Source: Sphingomonadales bacterium
GTDB taxonomy: Bacteria; Pseudomonadota; Alphaproteobacteria; Sphingomonadales; Sphingomonadaceae
Assembly: GCA_034668565.1 (NCBI GenBank)
Contig: JAXDPE010000044.1
Coordinates: forward strand, 997-64,996
Length of the DNA: 64,000 nt
Direction of reading: 5' to 3'
Position 1 is the stretch's first letter. Every line of letters starts with the position of its first letter. The notes below the pieces were generated by a model. The model made no database searches and had not been told where the DNA came from. It saw only the letters and a list, made by a program, of their open reading frames with translations. Shown in pieces: positions 18,768 to 27,522 of this stretch. The position numbers were made by a program, and so were the translations under genes.

Positions 18768-19392
18768 GTGGCAGCGAGAATAGGCCTTTGGGAGCATTTC
18801 CGGACGCTCGCGAGCTTCAAGGGCCGGGAGGACCGGGCGAGCTTCTGGCCTTATGCGGCGCTGGTGCTGGGGATCGTCATGATCGCGAGCGCGGTCATGA
18901 CGATCCCGATCATGGCGCATTCGATGCGGGCGATGCACAATTTCCACGTCCAGAACCCGGGCGACTTCAACTTCGCCGTGGACCCGGACGAATTCAATTT
19001 CGCCGCGGACCCCGACAATTATTCCCTGTCGGTGCCGCCGCAGGCGGCCGCCCTGATGCCGTCCGCCGGCTCGCTGTCGGCTTATCTGGCCGTGACCCTT
19101 GGCCTGGCGGTGCTGCTTTACGCCGCCGCGGTCGCCCCGCCGGCTTCACGATCGCGGCCGGTCCGGCGCTTGGGGCCTGATGCCGCTGCCCTTCATCGCT
19201 TATTCGGCGGTCCAGATGCTTCGGCTGTTCGAAGCGATGGGCCGAGGCGGGCCGCTGAATGACAGCCTGTTCCTCACCATCGCGATCAGCAACATTCTCT
19301 ACTGGGCCGCGCTCCTGACCCTGGTCGTGCTGCTCGCGGGAGCGAGCGATCCAGAACCCAACCGCTACAACATGGACGACCGCACCTTATAA
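18768..19392 (+). pseudogene. DUF805 family inner-membrane protein, interrupted by a +1 frameshift
   Basis: The N-terminal DUF805 motif FKGREDRASFWPYAALVLGIV is in frame 18768. The signature RRLHDRGRSGAWG and the remaining TM segments are in frame 19099..19392. The frames join at the C-run 19135-19138. Confidence 0.7.
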
Positions 19393-19396
19393 AAAT

Positions 19397-19411
19397 GTTC
19401 TTGACTTGTTC
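19397..19411. promoter_or_regulatory. GTTC-N7-GTTC, alphaproteobacterial SOS (LexA) box-like, overlapping a TTGACT -35-like hexamer
   Basis: GTTCTTGACTTGTTC in an AT-rich stretch right after the DUF805 stop. An 8-nt match of this kind is expected by chance about twice in a window this size. Confidence 0.3.
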
Positions 19412-19861
19412 TCACCAATCGACTAGGAAGGAAGCCTGCCCGAGTCGTCTTGATCAAACGGCGGAGGCGGGGATCCGGCCGAGGGGTTCGCCTTAAGGCC
19501 GGGCGGCCGGCGCGAAGTCATCCGGGAACGTTTGAGCTCGCGTCTACCGAAGAGTCGGGACTGCGATTTGTCCTTACCGGAAAAAGGAGCCCGAAGGGCT
19601 TCCGACCCGGGTGACGCGTGGGCTTTTCGAGAGCCGAGGCGTTTGCCACCTGTCCTTCGCAAGAAGGATTTGGAGCCTCCTGAACAAGGAGGATAGGACC
19701 CGCCGGCTCTTCACTTAAGTCTGGACGCTTTCGAGTAACGACGAAAGCATACAAAAAGTCGTCCAGCCCCGGGTGCCGGTGGCAAGGACGCGCCGGCCGT
19801 ATTTTCCCACCGTGCTCCAGCGGACGCACAACCGCGCCCGCGCGCGCCCGTCATCCCATAA

Positions 19862-19975
19862 CCGTCATGCTGAACTCGTTTCAGCATCCAGTCCCGAGCC
19901 GCTCTATCGCCCGGCCATCATCTCCGAACACCGAGCCGCCCCACCATGGACCCAGAAACAAGTTCAGGGTGACGG
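19862..19975. repeat. palindromic MITE-like element, family D
   Basis: CCGTCATGCTGAACTCGTTTCAGCATCC ... GGACCCAGAAACAAGTTCAGGGTGACGG. A related copy lies at 24131-24217. Confidence 0.7.
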
Positions 19976-19997
19976 CGGTTGGGCGAGACCCCTCGCG

Positions 19998-20233
19998 CCT
20001 CCCGGCATTCCCGCGAAGCGGAATTCCCTCCTTTCCCTTGTCCCTTCGTGCCTTCGTGCCTTCGTGCCTTCTCTCAAAACGAGGGTGCCGAAACGACCGC
20101 GAGCAGGCACAAACGCCTGACCGAGTGCGAGGCCGCGCATCCGGCGTTCAGCTTCCAGCGACGTGCCTGGCTTTTTTGGGCAGAGCAGGCACGAAGGCGC
20201 AACGTTGTAAAGGGGATGGAGCCGCTTCGCGGT
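19998..20233. mobile_element. second copy (inverted) of the CCTTCGTG-repeat MITE-like element
   Basis: (CCTTCGTG)x3 at 20043-20066. The core ...CGCCGGATGCGCGGCCTCGCACTCGGTCAGGCGT (reverse strand) matches ...CGTCGGATGCATCGGCATCGCACTCGGTCGGGCGT in copy 1. Confidence 0.7.
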
Positions 20234-20317
20234 TGGCCTGAATTGCGCAAGCCCTCGATTAACTTCCTTATAACCATGTCCCGCTAGATCGGGCGCCCTG
20301 TCGAGGGGCGCGCGCGG

Positions 20318-21223
20318 ATGTTGAACAAGTCGATGCTGGGTCTTCCCGTGCTGCTGCTGGGGGCGTCCTGCGTGCCTCCGGTCGCGGCAGGGCAGGGGGT
20401 TGTCAGCCCGGGCTCGGCGCCCGTCAGCGCGCTCGGCGCCCGCGCCGTTCCGCTGCCGCCGGTCGAGGCGATCGCTCCGGGCGAGGCGGCGGAGCCGTTC
20501 GTCGTCGGCAAGCGAAGCGAGGCCGATCTCGCGGCGTCGCTGCAATGCCTCACCGCCGCCGTCTATTACGAAGCGCGCTCCGAATCGTTCGAGGGCCAGC
20601 GCGCCGTCGCCCAGGTCGTCCTCAACCGGGTTCGTCACCCCGCCTTTCCAAAGAGCGTCTGCGGAGTCGTCTATCAGGGCTCGCAGCGCCGCACCGGCTG
20701 CCAGTTCAGCTTCACCTGCGACGGCTCGCTCCGAGCCCGCCGCGAGCCCGCGGCCTGGGCGGTTGCACGGCGGATCGCCGGAGCGGCGCTGGCCGGAAGC
20801 GTCTACGGACCGGTCGGCCAGGCCACCCATTATCACGCGTCCTACGTCCATCCCTGGTGGGCGGCGTCGCTGAAGCGGGCGGTGACGGTAGGCTCCCACA
20901 TCTTCTATCGCTGGCGCGGCGACTGGGGCGATCCCAAATCCTTCCGCCGTCCCTATCTCGCGGCCGAAATCGTCGAGCGCCCCGGACCGGCGGCACGGCC
21001 CGTCGTCCGAACGGCCGAGAAGGCCGATTCCGGCGAGACGAGCCGGACCTTCGGAGTCACCGTCCGCCGCGGCGGCCCGCCGCCGCGCTTCTTGGCGTCG
21101 GCCACGGAAGAGCCGCCGGAACGCTCGGCAAACGCCGCCGGCGTTCGAGTCCATAGCGGGCTTCCGGACTTCGTCAGCGTCGACGACGACGCCGGGCAGG
21201 GGGACAGCGCCCCGGCCAGCTGA
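20318..21223 (+). CDS. cell wall hydrolase, SleB family
   Basis: LTAAVYYEARSESFEGQRAVAQVVLNRVRHPAFPKSVCGVVYQG...CQFSFTCDGS...THYHASYVHPWW is the Hydrolase_2/SleB core. N-terminal signal peptide present. Confidence 0.85.
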   Translation: MLNKSMLGLPVLLLGASCVPPVAAGQGVVSPGSAPVSALGARAVPLPPVEAIAPGEAAEPFVVGKRSEADLAASLQCLTAAVYYEARSESFEGQRAVAQVVLNRVRHPAFPKSVCGVVYQGSQRRTGCQFSFTCDGSLRARREPAAWAVARRIAGAALAGSVYGPVGQATHYHASYVHPWWAASLKRAVTVGSHIFYRWRGDWGDPKSFRRPYLAAEIVERPGPAARPVVRTAEKADSGETSRTFGVTVRRGGPPPRFLASATEEPPERSANAAGVRVHSGLPDFVSVDDDAGQGDSAPAS

Positions 21224-21226
21224 GGC

Positions 21227-21955
21227 CTAATTCACCCGCTTCACATAGACCCGCCCGTCCTCGCGCCTTTCGGTCGCGAAATTGGGCACCGCGTCGATCA
21301 GCTCGTGAAGGCCGGCATAGCCGTAGCTCCGGGCGTCGAACGAGGAGCGATTGCCGGCGCGCTGGCCGACCTCGGAGAGGCTGGCATAGCCGCGGCCGTC
21401 GCGCTTGGAGGCCCGGAAGGCCGCTCCGAGCAGCTTGACAAGCTCTTCGTCGACCTTGCGCTTGGGCGGGGCAGGGGCCGCCTCGGGTGCGGCGTCATGC
21501 TCCTGGCCCTGGGCGAGCGCCCCGACGTCGATGAACCGGCTGCAGGCCTGCTGGAAGGAGACCGGCGCCCGCGACGTCCCGAAGCCGTAGACCGGGACCC
21601 CGTCCTGCCGGATCCGCATCGCCAGCGGCATGAAGTCGCTGTCGCTCGACATGATCCCGAAGCCGTCGACCCGGGCTCCGAACAGGAGATCCATGGCGTC
21701 GATCGTCATCTTCATGTCGGTCGCGTTCTTGCCCTTGGTGATGTCGAACTGCTGGTGCGGCTCGATCGCATGGCGGTGGGTCATCTCCGCCCAGCCCTTG
21801 AGCCCAGGCTTGCTCCAATTCCCGTAGGCGCGTCGGATGTTCACCGTGCCGAGCTCGGCGAGCACCGTCAGCACCGAATCGAGATGGTCGGACGAGGCGT
21901 TGTCGGCGTCGATCAGGAGGGCGATGTTGCCGTCCTGGCGGTCGGTGTCGGCCAT
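21227..21955 (-). CDS. NYN (LabA/DUF88) domain protein with C-terminal OST-HTH/LOTUS-like domain
   Basis: IALLIDADNAS, ATDMKMTIDAMDL and IMSSDSDFMPLAMRIRQDGVPVYGFG match the NYN core. The C-terminal ~70 aa (GYASLSEVGQRAG...) look OST-HTH-like. Confidence 0.85.
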   Translation of the reverse strand: MADTDRQDGNIALLIDADNASSDHLDSVLTVLAELGTVNIRRAYGNWSKPGLKGWAEMTHRHAIEPHQQFDITKGKNATDMKMTIDAMDLLFGARVDGFGIMSSDSDFMPLAMRIRQDGVPVYGFGTSRAPVSFQQACSRFIDVGALAQGQEHDAAPEAAPAPPKRKVDEELVKLLGAAFRASKRDGRGYASLSEVGQRAGNRSSFDARSYGYAGLHELIDAVPNFATERREDGRVYVKRVN

Positions 21956-21956
21956 G

Positions 21957-22385
21957 CTAGCGCCGGCGTCCGCGGTCGAGGCCGGCGTCGACGCTCCACG
22001 GTCCGGCCCCGGCGGCGGCGATGTAGAGGAAGATGAAGCAATAGAGGATCGCGGCGTCGCCCATGTTGACCGCCGGAAACATCGACTTCGGGGCGTGGAA
22101 CATCCAGTAAGCGACCGCCATCTCGCCGGCGAGGATGAAGGCCGCGGGCCGGGTGAACAGGCCGATCAGAAGCAGCGCGCCCCCGACCAGCTCGAGGATT
22201 CCGCCGAACCAGAACAGGCTGAAGGCTGGCGGGATCATCCCCGGAGGCGGCATCGGCGGGAAGCCGAGAAGCTTCTGAGCGCCATGCTCCAGGAACAACA
22301 GCCCCGAGACGATCCTGAGAACGCTGAGCAGGCGGGGCGCCCAGGCCGTCGGCAGTCCCAGATCGCGCATCGACATTCCTTCCAT
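21957..22385 (-). CDS. DoxX family membrane protein
   Basis: LRIVSGLLFLEHGAQKLLGFP motif, 4 TM segments, 142 aa. Confidence 0.8.
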   Translation of the reverse strand: MEGMSMRDLGLPTAWAPRLLSVLRIVSGLLFLEHGAQKLLGFPPMPPPGMIPPAFSLFWFGGILELVGGALLLIGLFTRPAAFILAGEMAVAYWMFHAPKSMFPAVNMGDAAILYCFIFLYIAAAGAGPWSVDAGLDRGRRR

Positions 22386-22512
22386 TCAAGCTTGCGGCCA
22401 GTGCCTAACACCCCCGCGCCATGCGCGAAAGCCGCGACCGGCAAACCCTTGAGCCCGCGAGATTATTCGACGCTGGCGCTTTCCGGCTTTCTGCGGCAGA
22501 AGGTTTCGCGCC

Positions 22513-23181
22513 ATGGCCGGTCTTCGAAGCCTCTACGACGTCCTCAATGTCGCTCCCGAAGCGGAGCCGGTCGTCGTCGAGGCGGCCTACAAGGCGCTGA
22601 TCAAGAAATATCATCCCGACCAGGCGGTCGAGGCGCCGGTCCCCAAGGACGCGACCGCGATCAACGAGGCCTTCGCGATCCTCAAGGATCCGACCAAAAG
22701 GGCCGATTACGACCATCGTCTGTGGACCAAGCAGCAGGCGATCCGCCTCGCGGAGGCCCAGGTCGCCAGCGCCGGCCGGCCGCCGCGCTTCGTCGCGGTC
22801 AGCGGCTGGCTGATCGCCGGCCTGCTCGCCGCCGCGCTCGCCGCGGTCGCCATGGGCAAGAGCCTGGTGCCGCCCCGGATGAGCGAGATCGCCGAAGCCG
22901 CCGAAGTCCAGGATTCGGAAGCGCCGGCGCGCGCCGCCGCCTTCAAGGCCGCCGCCGCCGAAGCCGCGCAGGACCGGGTCGCGATGCCTTCGTCGGCGTC
23001 GGTGATCGCCCGGGTCCGGGGCGAGCAGGGACTGAGCGTGGCAGCGCCCGCCCGCCCGGCCCCCGCGGTTCGCGTGGTTTCCGGCGGCGGCCGGGCTCGA
23101 AAGGCGCGCCCTATGGCCCGGTCGAGGTCGCAGCCGCGCAAGGAAGGCGATTTCCTCGAGCGCCAGGGCTATATCTACTAG
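22513..23181 (+). CDS. J domain-containing membrane-anchored protein
   Basis: LYDVLNVAPEAEPVVVEAAYKALIKKYHPDQ (HPD motif), followed by one TM segment (VSGWLIAGLLAAALAAVAM) and a low-complexity tail. Confidence 0.75.
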   Translation: MAGLRSLYDVLNVAPEAEPVVVEAAYKALIKKYHPDQAVEAPVPKDATAINEAFAILKDPTKRADYDHRLWTKQQAIRLAEAQVASAGRPPRFVAVSGWLIAGLLAAALAAVAMGKSLVPPRMSEIAEAAEVQDSEAPARAAAFKAAAAEAAQDRVAMPSSASVIARVRGEQGLSVAAPARPAPAVRVVSGGGRARKARPMARSRSQPRKEGDFLERQGYIY

Positions 23182-23504
23182 CGTCCTCGGCAGGGCACCG
23201 CGCAGGGCTTTTGCGGCTCGCCCCGGTTGCGCCGCCGCACCCGGTCCGCTCCGGCCGAGCGCTCGACCTGCGCCTTCAGCCCGCTCCTCTCCTTGCGGTA
23301 GCCCATGGCCTCCAGGCAGTCATAGGCATTGAGCAGGGCCGCCACCGGATCCATCCAATATTTGTGGTTCGCCTCGCGGGTGCAGGAATCGATATCGACC
23401 TGCTGCTCGGCCAGCGTCTTCGTCGGGTGCGACACCTGTGCTGTGCAGGCCACCAAAACCGAGAGCGGGGCGAGGGCAAGCAGCGCGATCGGGACGAGCT
23501 TCAT
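23178..23504 (-). CDS. hypothetical lipoprotein
   Basis: Lipobox-like LSVLVAC after MKLVPIALLALAP. 108 aa, with a convergent 4-nt overlap with the J-domain gene. Confidence 0.5.
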   Translation of the reverse strand: MKLVPIALLALAPLSVLVACTAQVSHPTKTLAEQQVDIDSCTREANHKYWMDPVAALLNAYDCLEAMGYRKERSGLKAQVERSAGADRVRRRNRGEPQKPCAVPCRGR

Positions 23505-23549
23505 TCCCGCCTTCTTGCATCAGGCGCTCCGGATCGCAACTTTGGGGCT

Positions 23550-24119
23550 GTGAAACGCGCCGCCGCCGCCCTTGCCGCAATCCTTTTCCTCGCCGCCTGC
23601 AGCTCCGAATCGCGGCCGCCCTGGGCCGATGGCCGGATGGTCACCGAAGAGGTGCGACGCGGCGTCGAAGCGCAGGATCTCTCCGGGTTCGAACGGCGGC
23701 TGCTCGCCGTCCACAATCGCGAGCGGGCGGCTATCGGAGCGCGGCCGCTGGTCTGGGATCCCGGCCTCGCCGCCGCCGCCGCCGCTTACGGGCCAGCTCT
23801 GGAGCGGCTCGGCAAGCTCGCCCACTCGCCTCCCGAGGCCAGGCCCGGGCAGGGCGAGAATCTGTGGATGGGCACTCGCGACGCCTATGAGCTGGAGGAG
23901 ATGGTGGGAGGCTGGGCGGCGGAGAAGAGCCTGTTCCGGCCCGGAAACTTTCCGGCAGTCAGCACCAGCGGCAATTGGAGCGACGTCGGCCACTATACGC
24001 AGATGATCTGGAAGGACACGACCCGGATCGGCTGCGCCGTCCACAAGAGCCGTCAATGGGATTTCCTCATCTGCCGCTATTCGCCGCCGGGCAATGTCGT
24101 CGGGCAGCGCGTTCCTTGA
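23550..24119 (+). CDS. CAP/SCP/PR-1 domain lipoprotein
   Basis: GTG 23550 gives VKRAAAALAAILFLAAC (lipobox). HNRERAAIGARPLVWD, GENLW and HYTQMIWKDTTRIGCA are CAP-domain motifs. This is only the 3' part of the long track ORF 21837..24119. Confidence 0.8.
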   Translation: MKRAAAALAAILFLAACSSESRPPWADGRMVTEEVRRGVEAQDLSGFERRLLAVHNRERAAIGARPLVWDPGLAAAAAAYGPALERLGKLAHSPPEARPGQGENLWMGTRDAYELEEMVGGWAAEKSLFRPGNFPAVSTSGNWSDVGHYTQMIWKDTTRIGCAVHKSRQWDFLICRYSPPGNVVGQRVP

Positions 24120-24130
24120 ACGGTGCCGAC

Positions 24131-24217
24131 CCGTCATAGTGAGCTTGTTTCAGGATCCAGGGTAGAGCCGCCTCGCGGGCGAAGAACGGGACCTGCGAAA
24201 CGAGTTCAGGGTGCCGG
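24131..24217. repeat. palindromic MITE-like element, family D (degenerate)
   Basis: CCGTCATAGTGAGCTTGTTTCAGGATCC ... GGGACCTGCGAAACGAGTTCAGGGTGCCGG. Confidence 0.6.
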
Positions 24218-24295
24218 CAGAGGACCGGACTTTCACCCTTGTCCGCCTCGCCCGAATCGTTTCAACGTGCGTCCACAAATAGGGGAGGGCGCTTG

Positions 24296-25696
24296 ATGAA
24301 CCTGTTCGCGCGCAAGGCGGTCGTCGCCGACGAGGATATGGCGCCGGAGCACCGGCTCCACCGGAGCCTCGGGTGGCCGCATCTCGTCGCGCTCGGCGTG
24401 GGTGCCATCGTCGGCACCGGAATCCTCACCCTGATCGGAGTCGGCGCCGCCAAGGCCGGGCCGGCGGTGATCCTCTCCTTCGCCATCGCCGGCCTGATCT
24501 GCGCCTGCGCGGCGCTCGCTTATGCCGAGATGGCGACGATGATCCCGGCCTCGGGCAGCGCCTATACCTACTCCTACGTCGTCATCGGCGAGCTCGTCGC
24601 CTGGATCATCGGTTGGAGCCTGATCCTCGAATATTCGCTGGTGGTAAGCGCGGTCGCGGTCGGCTGGTCAGGCTATGCGGCGCCTTTGCTCCACGAGCTT
24701 GCAGGCTATCCGATGGCGCTCGCCCAGGGGCCGGAGCTGGGCGGGATCGTGAACCTCCCCGCCATCTTCATCATCGCCCTCGTCGCCGGCCTGCTCATCT
24801 ACGGGACCAAGGAGAGCGCGACGATCAACGCCGTGCTCGTCCTCGTCAAGATCGTCGCCCTCATCGTCTTCGTCGCCGTCGCCTTGCCCTATTTCAACGC
24901 CGCCCATTTCGAGCCGTTCATGCCCAACGGCTTTCCCAAGAGCGGGCTTCCCGGCAAGGAGGTCGGGGTGATGGCCGCCGCCGCCATCATCTTCTTCGCC
25001 TTTTACGGATTCGACGCCATCGCCACCGCGGCCGAGGAGGCCAAGGATCCCGGCCGCGACCTCGCCATCGGCATCGTCGGCTCGATGATCGCCTGCGTCA
25101 TCATCTACATGGCGGTCGCCGCGACCGCGATCGGGGCGCTCGCCTACACCCGCTTCGCCAACAGCCCGGAGCCGCTCGCCCTGATCCTGCGCGAGCTCGA
25201 CCAGCCCTGGGCGGCCCGCTACCTCGCCGCTTCCGCCGTGATCGCGCTTCCGACCGTGATCCTCGCCTTCTTCTACGGCCAGAGCCGGATCTTCTTCGTC
25301 ATGGCCCGCGACGGCCTGCTTCCGCGAAGCCTGGCGAAGGTGTCGGGCCGCGGGTCGCCGGTGCGGATCACCTTGTTCACCGCCTTGATCGTCGCCGCTC
25401 TGGCCGGGATCATCCCGCTCGCCGAGCTTGCGGCCCTGGCCAATGCCGGAACCCTCACCGCCTTCATCTCGGTCTGCGTGTGCATGCTGATCATGCGGGT
25501 GCGCGCCCCGGACGCGAAGCGCCGGTTCAGCACCCCCTTGCCCTGGCTGGTCGGGATCTTCGGGATCCTCGGCTGCCTCTATCTGCTCTACAGCCTGCCC
25601 TGGGCGACCCAGCGCTACTTCATGATCGCGCAGGTCGTCGGACTGGCGATCTATTTCGCCTACGGTGCGAGGCGGAGCGTGGCGTCGCAGGCCTAG
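24296..25696 (+). CDS. amino acid permease (APC superfamily)
   Basis: 12-TM profile. HLVALGVGAIVGTGILTLIGVGAAKAGPAVILSF is typical of APC/CAT-type permeases. ATG 24296 follows GGGGAGGG. Confidence 0.9.
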   Translation: MNLFARKAVVADEDMAPEHRLHRSLGWPHLVALGVGAIVGTGILTLIGVGAAKAGPAVILSFAIAGLICACAALAYAEMATMIPASGSAYTYSYVVIGELVAWIIGWSLILEYSLVVSAVAVGWSGYAAPLLHELAGYPMALAQGPELGGIVNLPAIFIIALVAGLLIYGTKESATINAVLVLVKIVALIVFVAVALPYFNAAHFEPFMPNGFPKSGLPGKEVGVMAAAAIIFFAFYGFDAIATAAEEAKDPGRDLAIGIVGSMIACVIIYMAVAATAIGALAYTRFANSPEPLALILRELDQPWAARYLAASAVIALPTVILAFFYGQSRIFFVMARDGLLPRSLAKVSGRGSPVRITLFTALIVAALAGIIPLAELAALANAGTLTAFISVCVCMLIMRVRAPDAKRRFSTPLPWLVGIFGILGCLYLLYSLPWATQRYFMIAQVVGLAIYFAYGARRSVASQA

Positions 25697-25780
25697 CCGT
25701 CATCCCGGCGAAAGCCGGGACCCCAAGACGAGAAGTCTCGGCGGGTCTCCCCGAGGTCCCGGCTTTCCGCCGGGATGACG
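25697..25780. repeat. palindromic MITE-like element, family B
   Basis: CCGTCATCCCGGCGAAAGCCGGGACCCC ... GGTCCCGGCTTTCCGCCGGGATGACG. It fills the gap between two convergent stop codons. Confidence 0.85.
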
Positions 25781-25784
25781 AGGC

Positions 25785-26408
25785 TCAGGCCGGCGCGAAT
25801 GCCCCGCTCGCTTCGTCAAGCAGGTGAAGCACGCCGTCGGCGATGGCGAAATAGGCGCCGTTGAGCTTCAACCGACCGTCCGCCTCGCGCTCGCGCACCC
25901 AAGGGAAGGTGCGCAGATTGGCGAGGCTGACCCGGACGGCCTCGAGCTCCATCGCCTTGAAATCCTCGCCATGCTCGGCTCTGACCTTGTCCCGGGCGCC
26001 GCGGAGCATCTCGATCCAGTCGGCGATGAAATGGCCCTCGCCATGGGCGGCGTCGTCGAACTGGCCGGTCAGCGCCGCCGCGCAGCCGCCGCAAAAGCCA
26101 TGGCCCATCACCACCAGCTCCTCGACCTGGAGCTGGGTGACGGCGAATTCGAGGGCGGCCGAAACTCCGTGATAGCCGCCGGTCGTCTCATAAGGCGGGA
26201 TCAGGGCCGCGACGTTCCGGACGACGAACATCTCGCCCGGGCCGGAATCGAAAATCTGGGTGGGGTCGACCCGGCTGTCCGAGCAGGCGATCACCATCAC
26301 CTTGGGGCTCTGCCCCTCGGCCAGCTGCGACCAGCGCTCGCGCTGCGGCGCCCAGCCGGTCTCGCGGAAGCGGCGATATCCGTCGATCAGGGTGTCCAGG
26401 CTGTCCAT
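25785..26408 (-). CDS. beta-class carbonic anhydrase
   Basis: [20 protein letters not shown] and [11 protein letters not shown] are the zinc-ligand motifs of beta-CA. Confidence 0.9.
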   Translation of the reverse strand: MDSLDTLIDGYRRFRETGWAPQRERWSQLAEGQSPKVMVIACSDSRVDPTQIFDSGPGEMFVVRNVAALIPPYETTGGYHGVSAALEFAVTQLQVEELVVMGHGFCGGCAAALTGQFDDAAHGEGHFIADWIEMLRGARDKVRAEHGEDFKAMELEAVRVSLANLRTFPWVREREADGRLKLNGAYFAIADGVLHLLDEASGAFAPA

Positions 26409-26437
26409 GGCTCGCCGCTAGCGGCAAGAGGGGAGGG

Positions 26438-27427
26438 GTGGCAAGACCCGCTTCGGATCGCTATCTGGCCGTCATGAGCGAAGCCGACCCGATCCTCACT
26501 CCGCCGCCGCGCCAGCGCAAGCCCGACTGGATCCGGGTCAAGGCGCCGACCAGCACCGGCTTCGCCGAGACCAAGAAGCTGATGCGAAGCCTCAACCTCG
26601 CCACCGTCTGCGAGGAGGCGGCCTGCCCCAATATCGGCGAATGCTGGACCAAGAAGCACGCCACGGTGATGATCCTGGGCGACACCTGCACGCGGGCCTG
26701 CGCCTTCTGCAACGTCAAGACGGGCATGCCGCGTGCCGTCGACCCGCTCGAGCCCGAGCATGTCGCCACCGCCGCGGCCGAGCTCGGCCTCACCCATATA
26801 GTCGTCACCACGGTCGACCGCGACGATCTTCCCGACGGCGGCGCCAGGCAGTTCGTCCGGGTGATCGAGGCCCTGCGCCGGACCACCCCGTCGACGACGA
26901 TCGAGATCCTGACGCCCGATTTCCGCAACAAGCCGGAAAGCGCCGTCGAGGCGATCGTCGCCGCCCGGCCCGACGTCTACAACCATAATCTCGAGACGGT
27001 GCCGAGGCTCTATCCGACCATCCGCCCGGGCGCGCGCTATTATGCGTCGCTTCGCCTGCTCGAGAGCGTCAAGCGCCAGGATCCGACCATCTTCACAAAG
27101 TCGGGGGTGATGGTCGGGCTCGGCGAGCAGCGCCTGGAGGTCCACCAGGTGATGGACGACATGCGCTCGGCCGACGTCGATTTCCTGACCATGGGCCAGT
27201 ATCTCCAGCCCACTCCGCGCCATGCCAAGGTCGACGAGTTCGTCACCCCAGCCGCTTTCTCCGCCTACGGCGCCATCGCCCGCGCCAAGGGCTTTCTTCT
27301 CGTCGCCGCCTCGCCTTTGACCCGGTCGAGCTACCATGCCGGCGACGACTTCGCGAAGATGAAGGCGGCGCGCGAAGCGAAGCTCTCTCCTCGTCACCCC
27401 GGCGAAAGCCGGGGCCTCGTCGGGTGA
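26438..27427 (+). CDS. lipA: lipoyl synthase
   Basis: [13 protein letters not shown] and [10 protein letters not shown] cluster motifs. An alternative ATG lies at 26474. The last ~12 codons lie inside the repeat at 27392-27514. Confidence 0.95.
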   Translation: MARPASDRYLAVMSEADPILTPPPRQRKPDWIRVKAPTSTGFAETKKLMRSLNLATVCEEAACPNIGECWTKKHATVMILGDTCTRACAFCNVKTGMPRAVDPLEPEHVATAAAELGLTHIVVTTVDRDDLPDGGARQFVRVIEALRRTTPSTTIEILTPDFRNKPESAVEAIVAARPDVYNHNLETVPRLYPTIRPGARYYASLRLLESVKRQDPTIFTKSGVMVGLGEQRLEVHQVMDDMRSADVDFLTMGQYLQPTPRHAKVDEFVTPAAFSAYGAIARAKGFLLVAASPLTRSSYHAGDDFAKMKAAREAKLSPRHPGESRGLVG

Positions 27428-27514
27428 AGAGCTCGGCGCCTTTGCTCGCTGGGGTCCCGGCTTTCGGGTTCCCATCAAAGTATTACTTTGATGGGGTCCC
27501 TCCCGGGATGACGG
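27392..27514. repeat. family B-type palindromic element carrying a nested mini-hairpin
   Basis: CGTCACCCCGGCGAAAGCCGGGGCC ... GGGTCCCGGCTTTCGGG + CCCATCAAAGTATTACTTTGATGGG (27473-27497) + CCCGGGATGACGG. Confidence 0.7.
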
Positions 27515-27522
27515 GTTAAGCC

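Noticed and set aside
18131-18820. 229-aa minus-strand ORF across the 17747..18511 gene and the following spacer, plus an open frame ending ...AAYERFGDHWAAAVAYHF* at 18595-18738.
   Set aside because: The first is antisense to the better-supported secreted-protein ORF and is Arg/Pro-rich. The second has no start codon or RBS and no recognisable family. It could be a gene remnant, but I cannot support that.
19423-19830. Considered tmRNA (including the permuted two-piece alphaproteobacterial form), RNase P RNA, and SRP/4.5S RNA as the identity of the ORF-free structured region.
   Set aside because: Neither strand has a T-arm GGTTCGA.TCC followed by an acceptor end and CCA. A GGGGCTG on the minus strand has no complementary CAGCTCCACCA partner. 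No ANDN-type tag frame ending in a stop is present. The universal RNase P GAGGAAAGTCCGGGC and ACAGAA.CCGGCTTA motifs are absent. Only a loose GGAAGGAAGC resemblance to the SRP motif exists. The identity is left open.
20043-20066. Tandem CCTTCGTG x3 (and the related array at 15703-15730) considered as a possible CRISPR or other spaced-repeat array.
   Set aside because: The units are only 8 nt, directly abutting with no spacers. They are part of the inverted arms of a MITE-like element, and no cas genes are present in the window.
21837-24119. 760-aa plus-strand ORF spanning the NYN, DoxX, J-domain and lipoprotein loci.
   Set aside because: Only its last 189 codons (from GTG 23550) look like a real protein (CAP domain). 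The upstream part is Arg/Pro/Gly-rich and overlaps better-supported genes in other frames or on the other strand.
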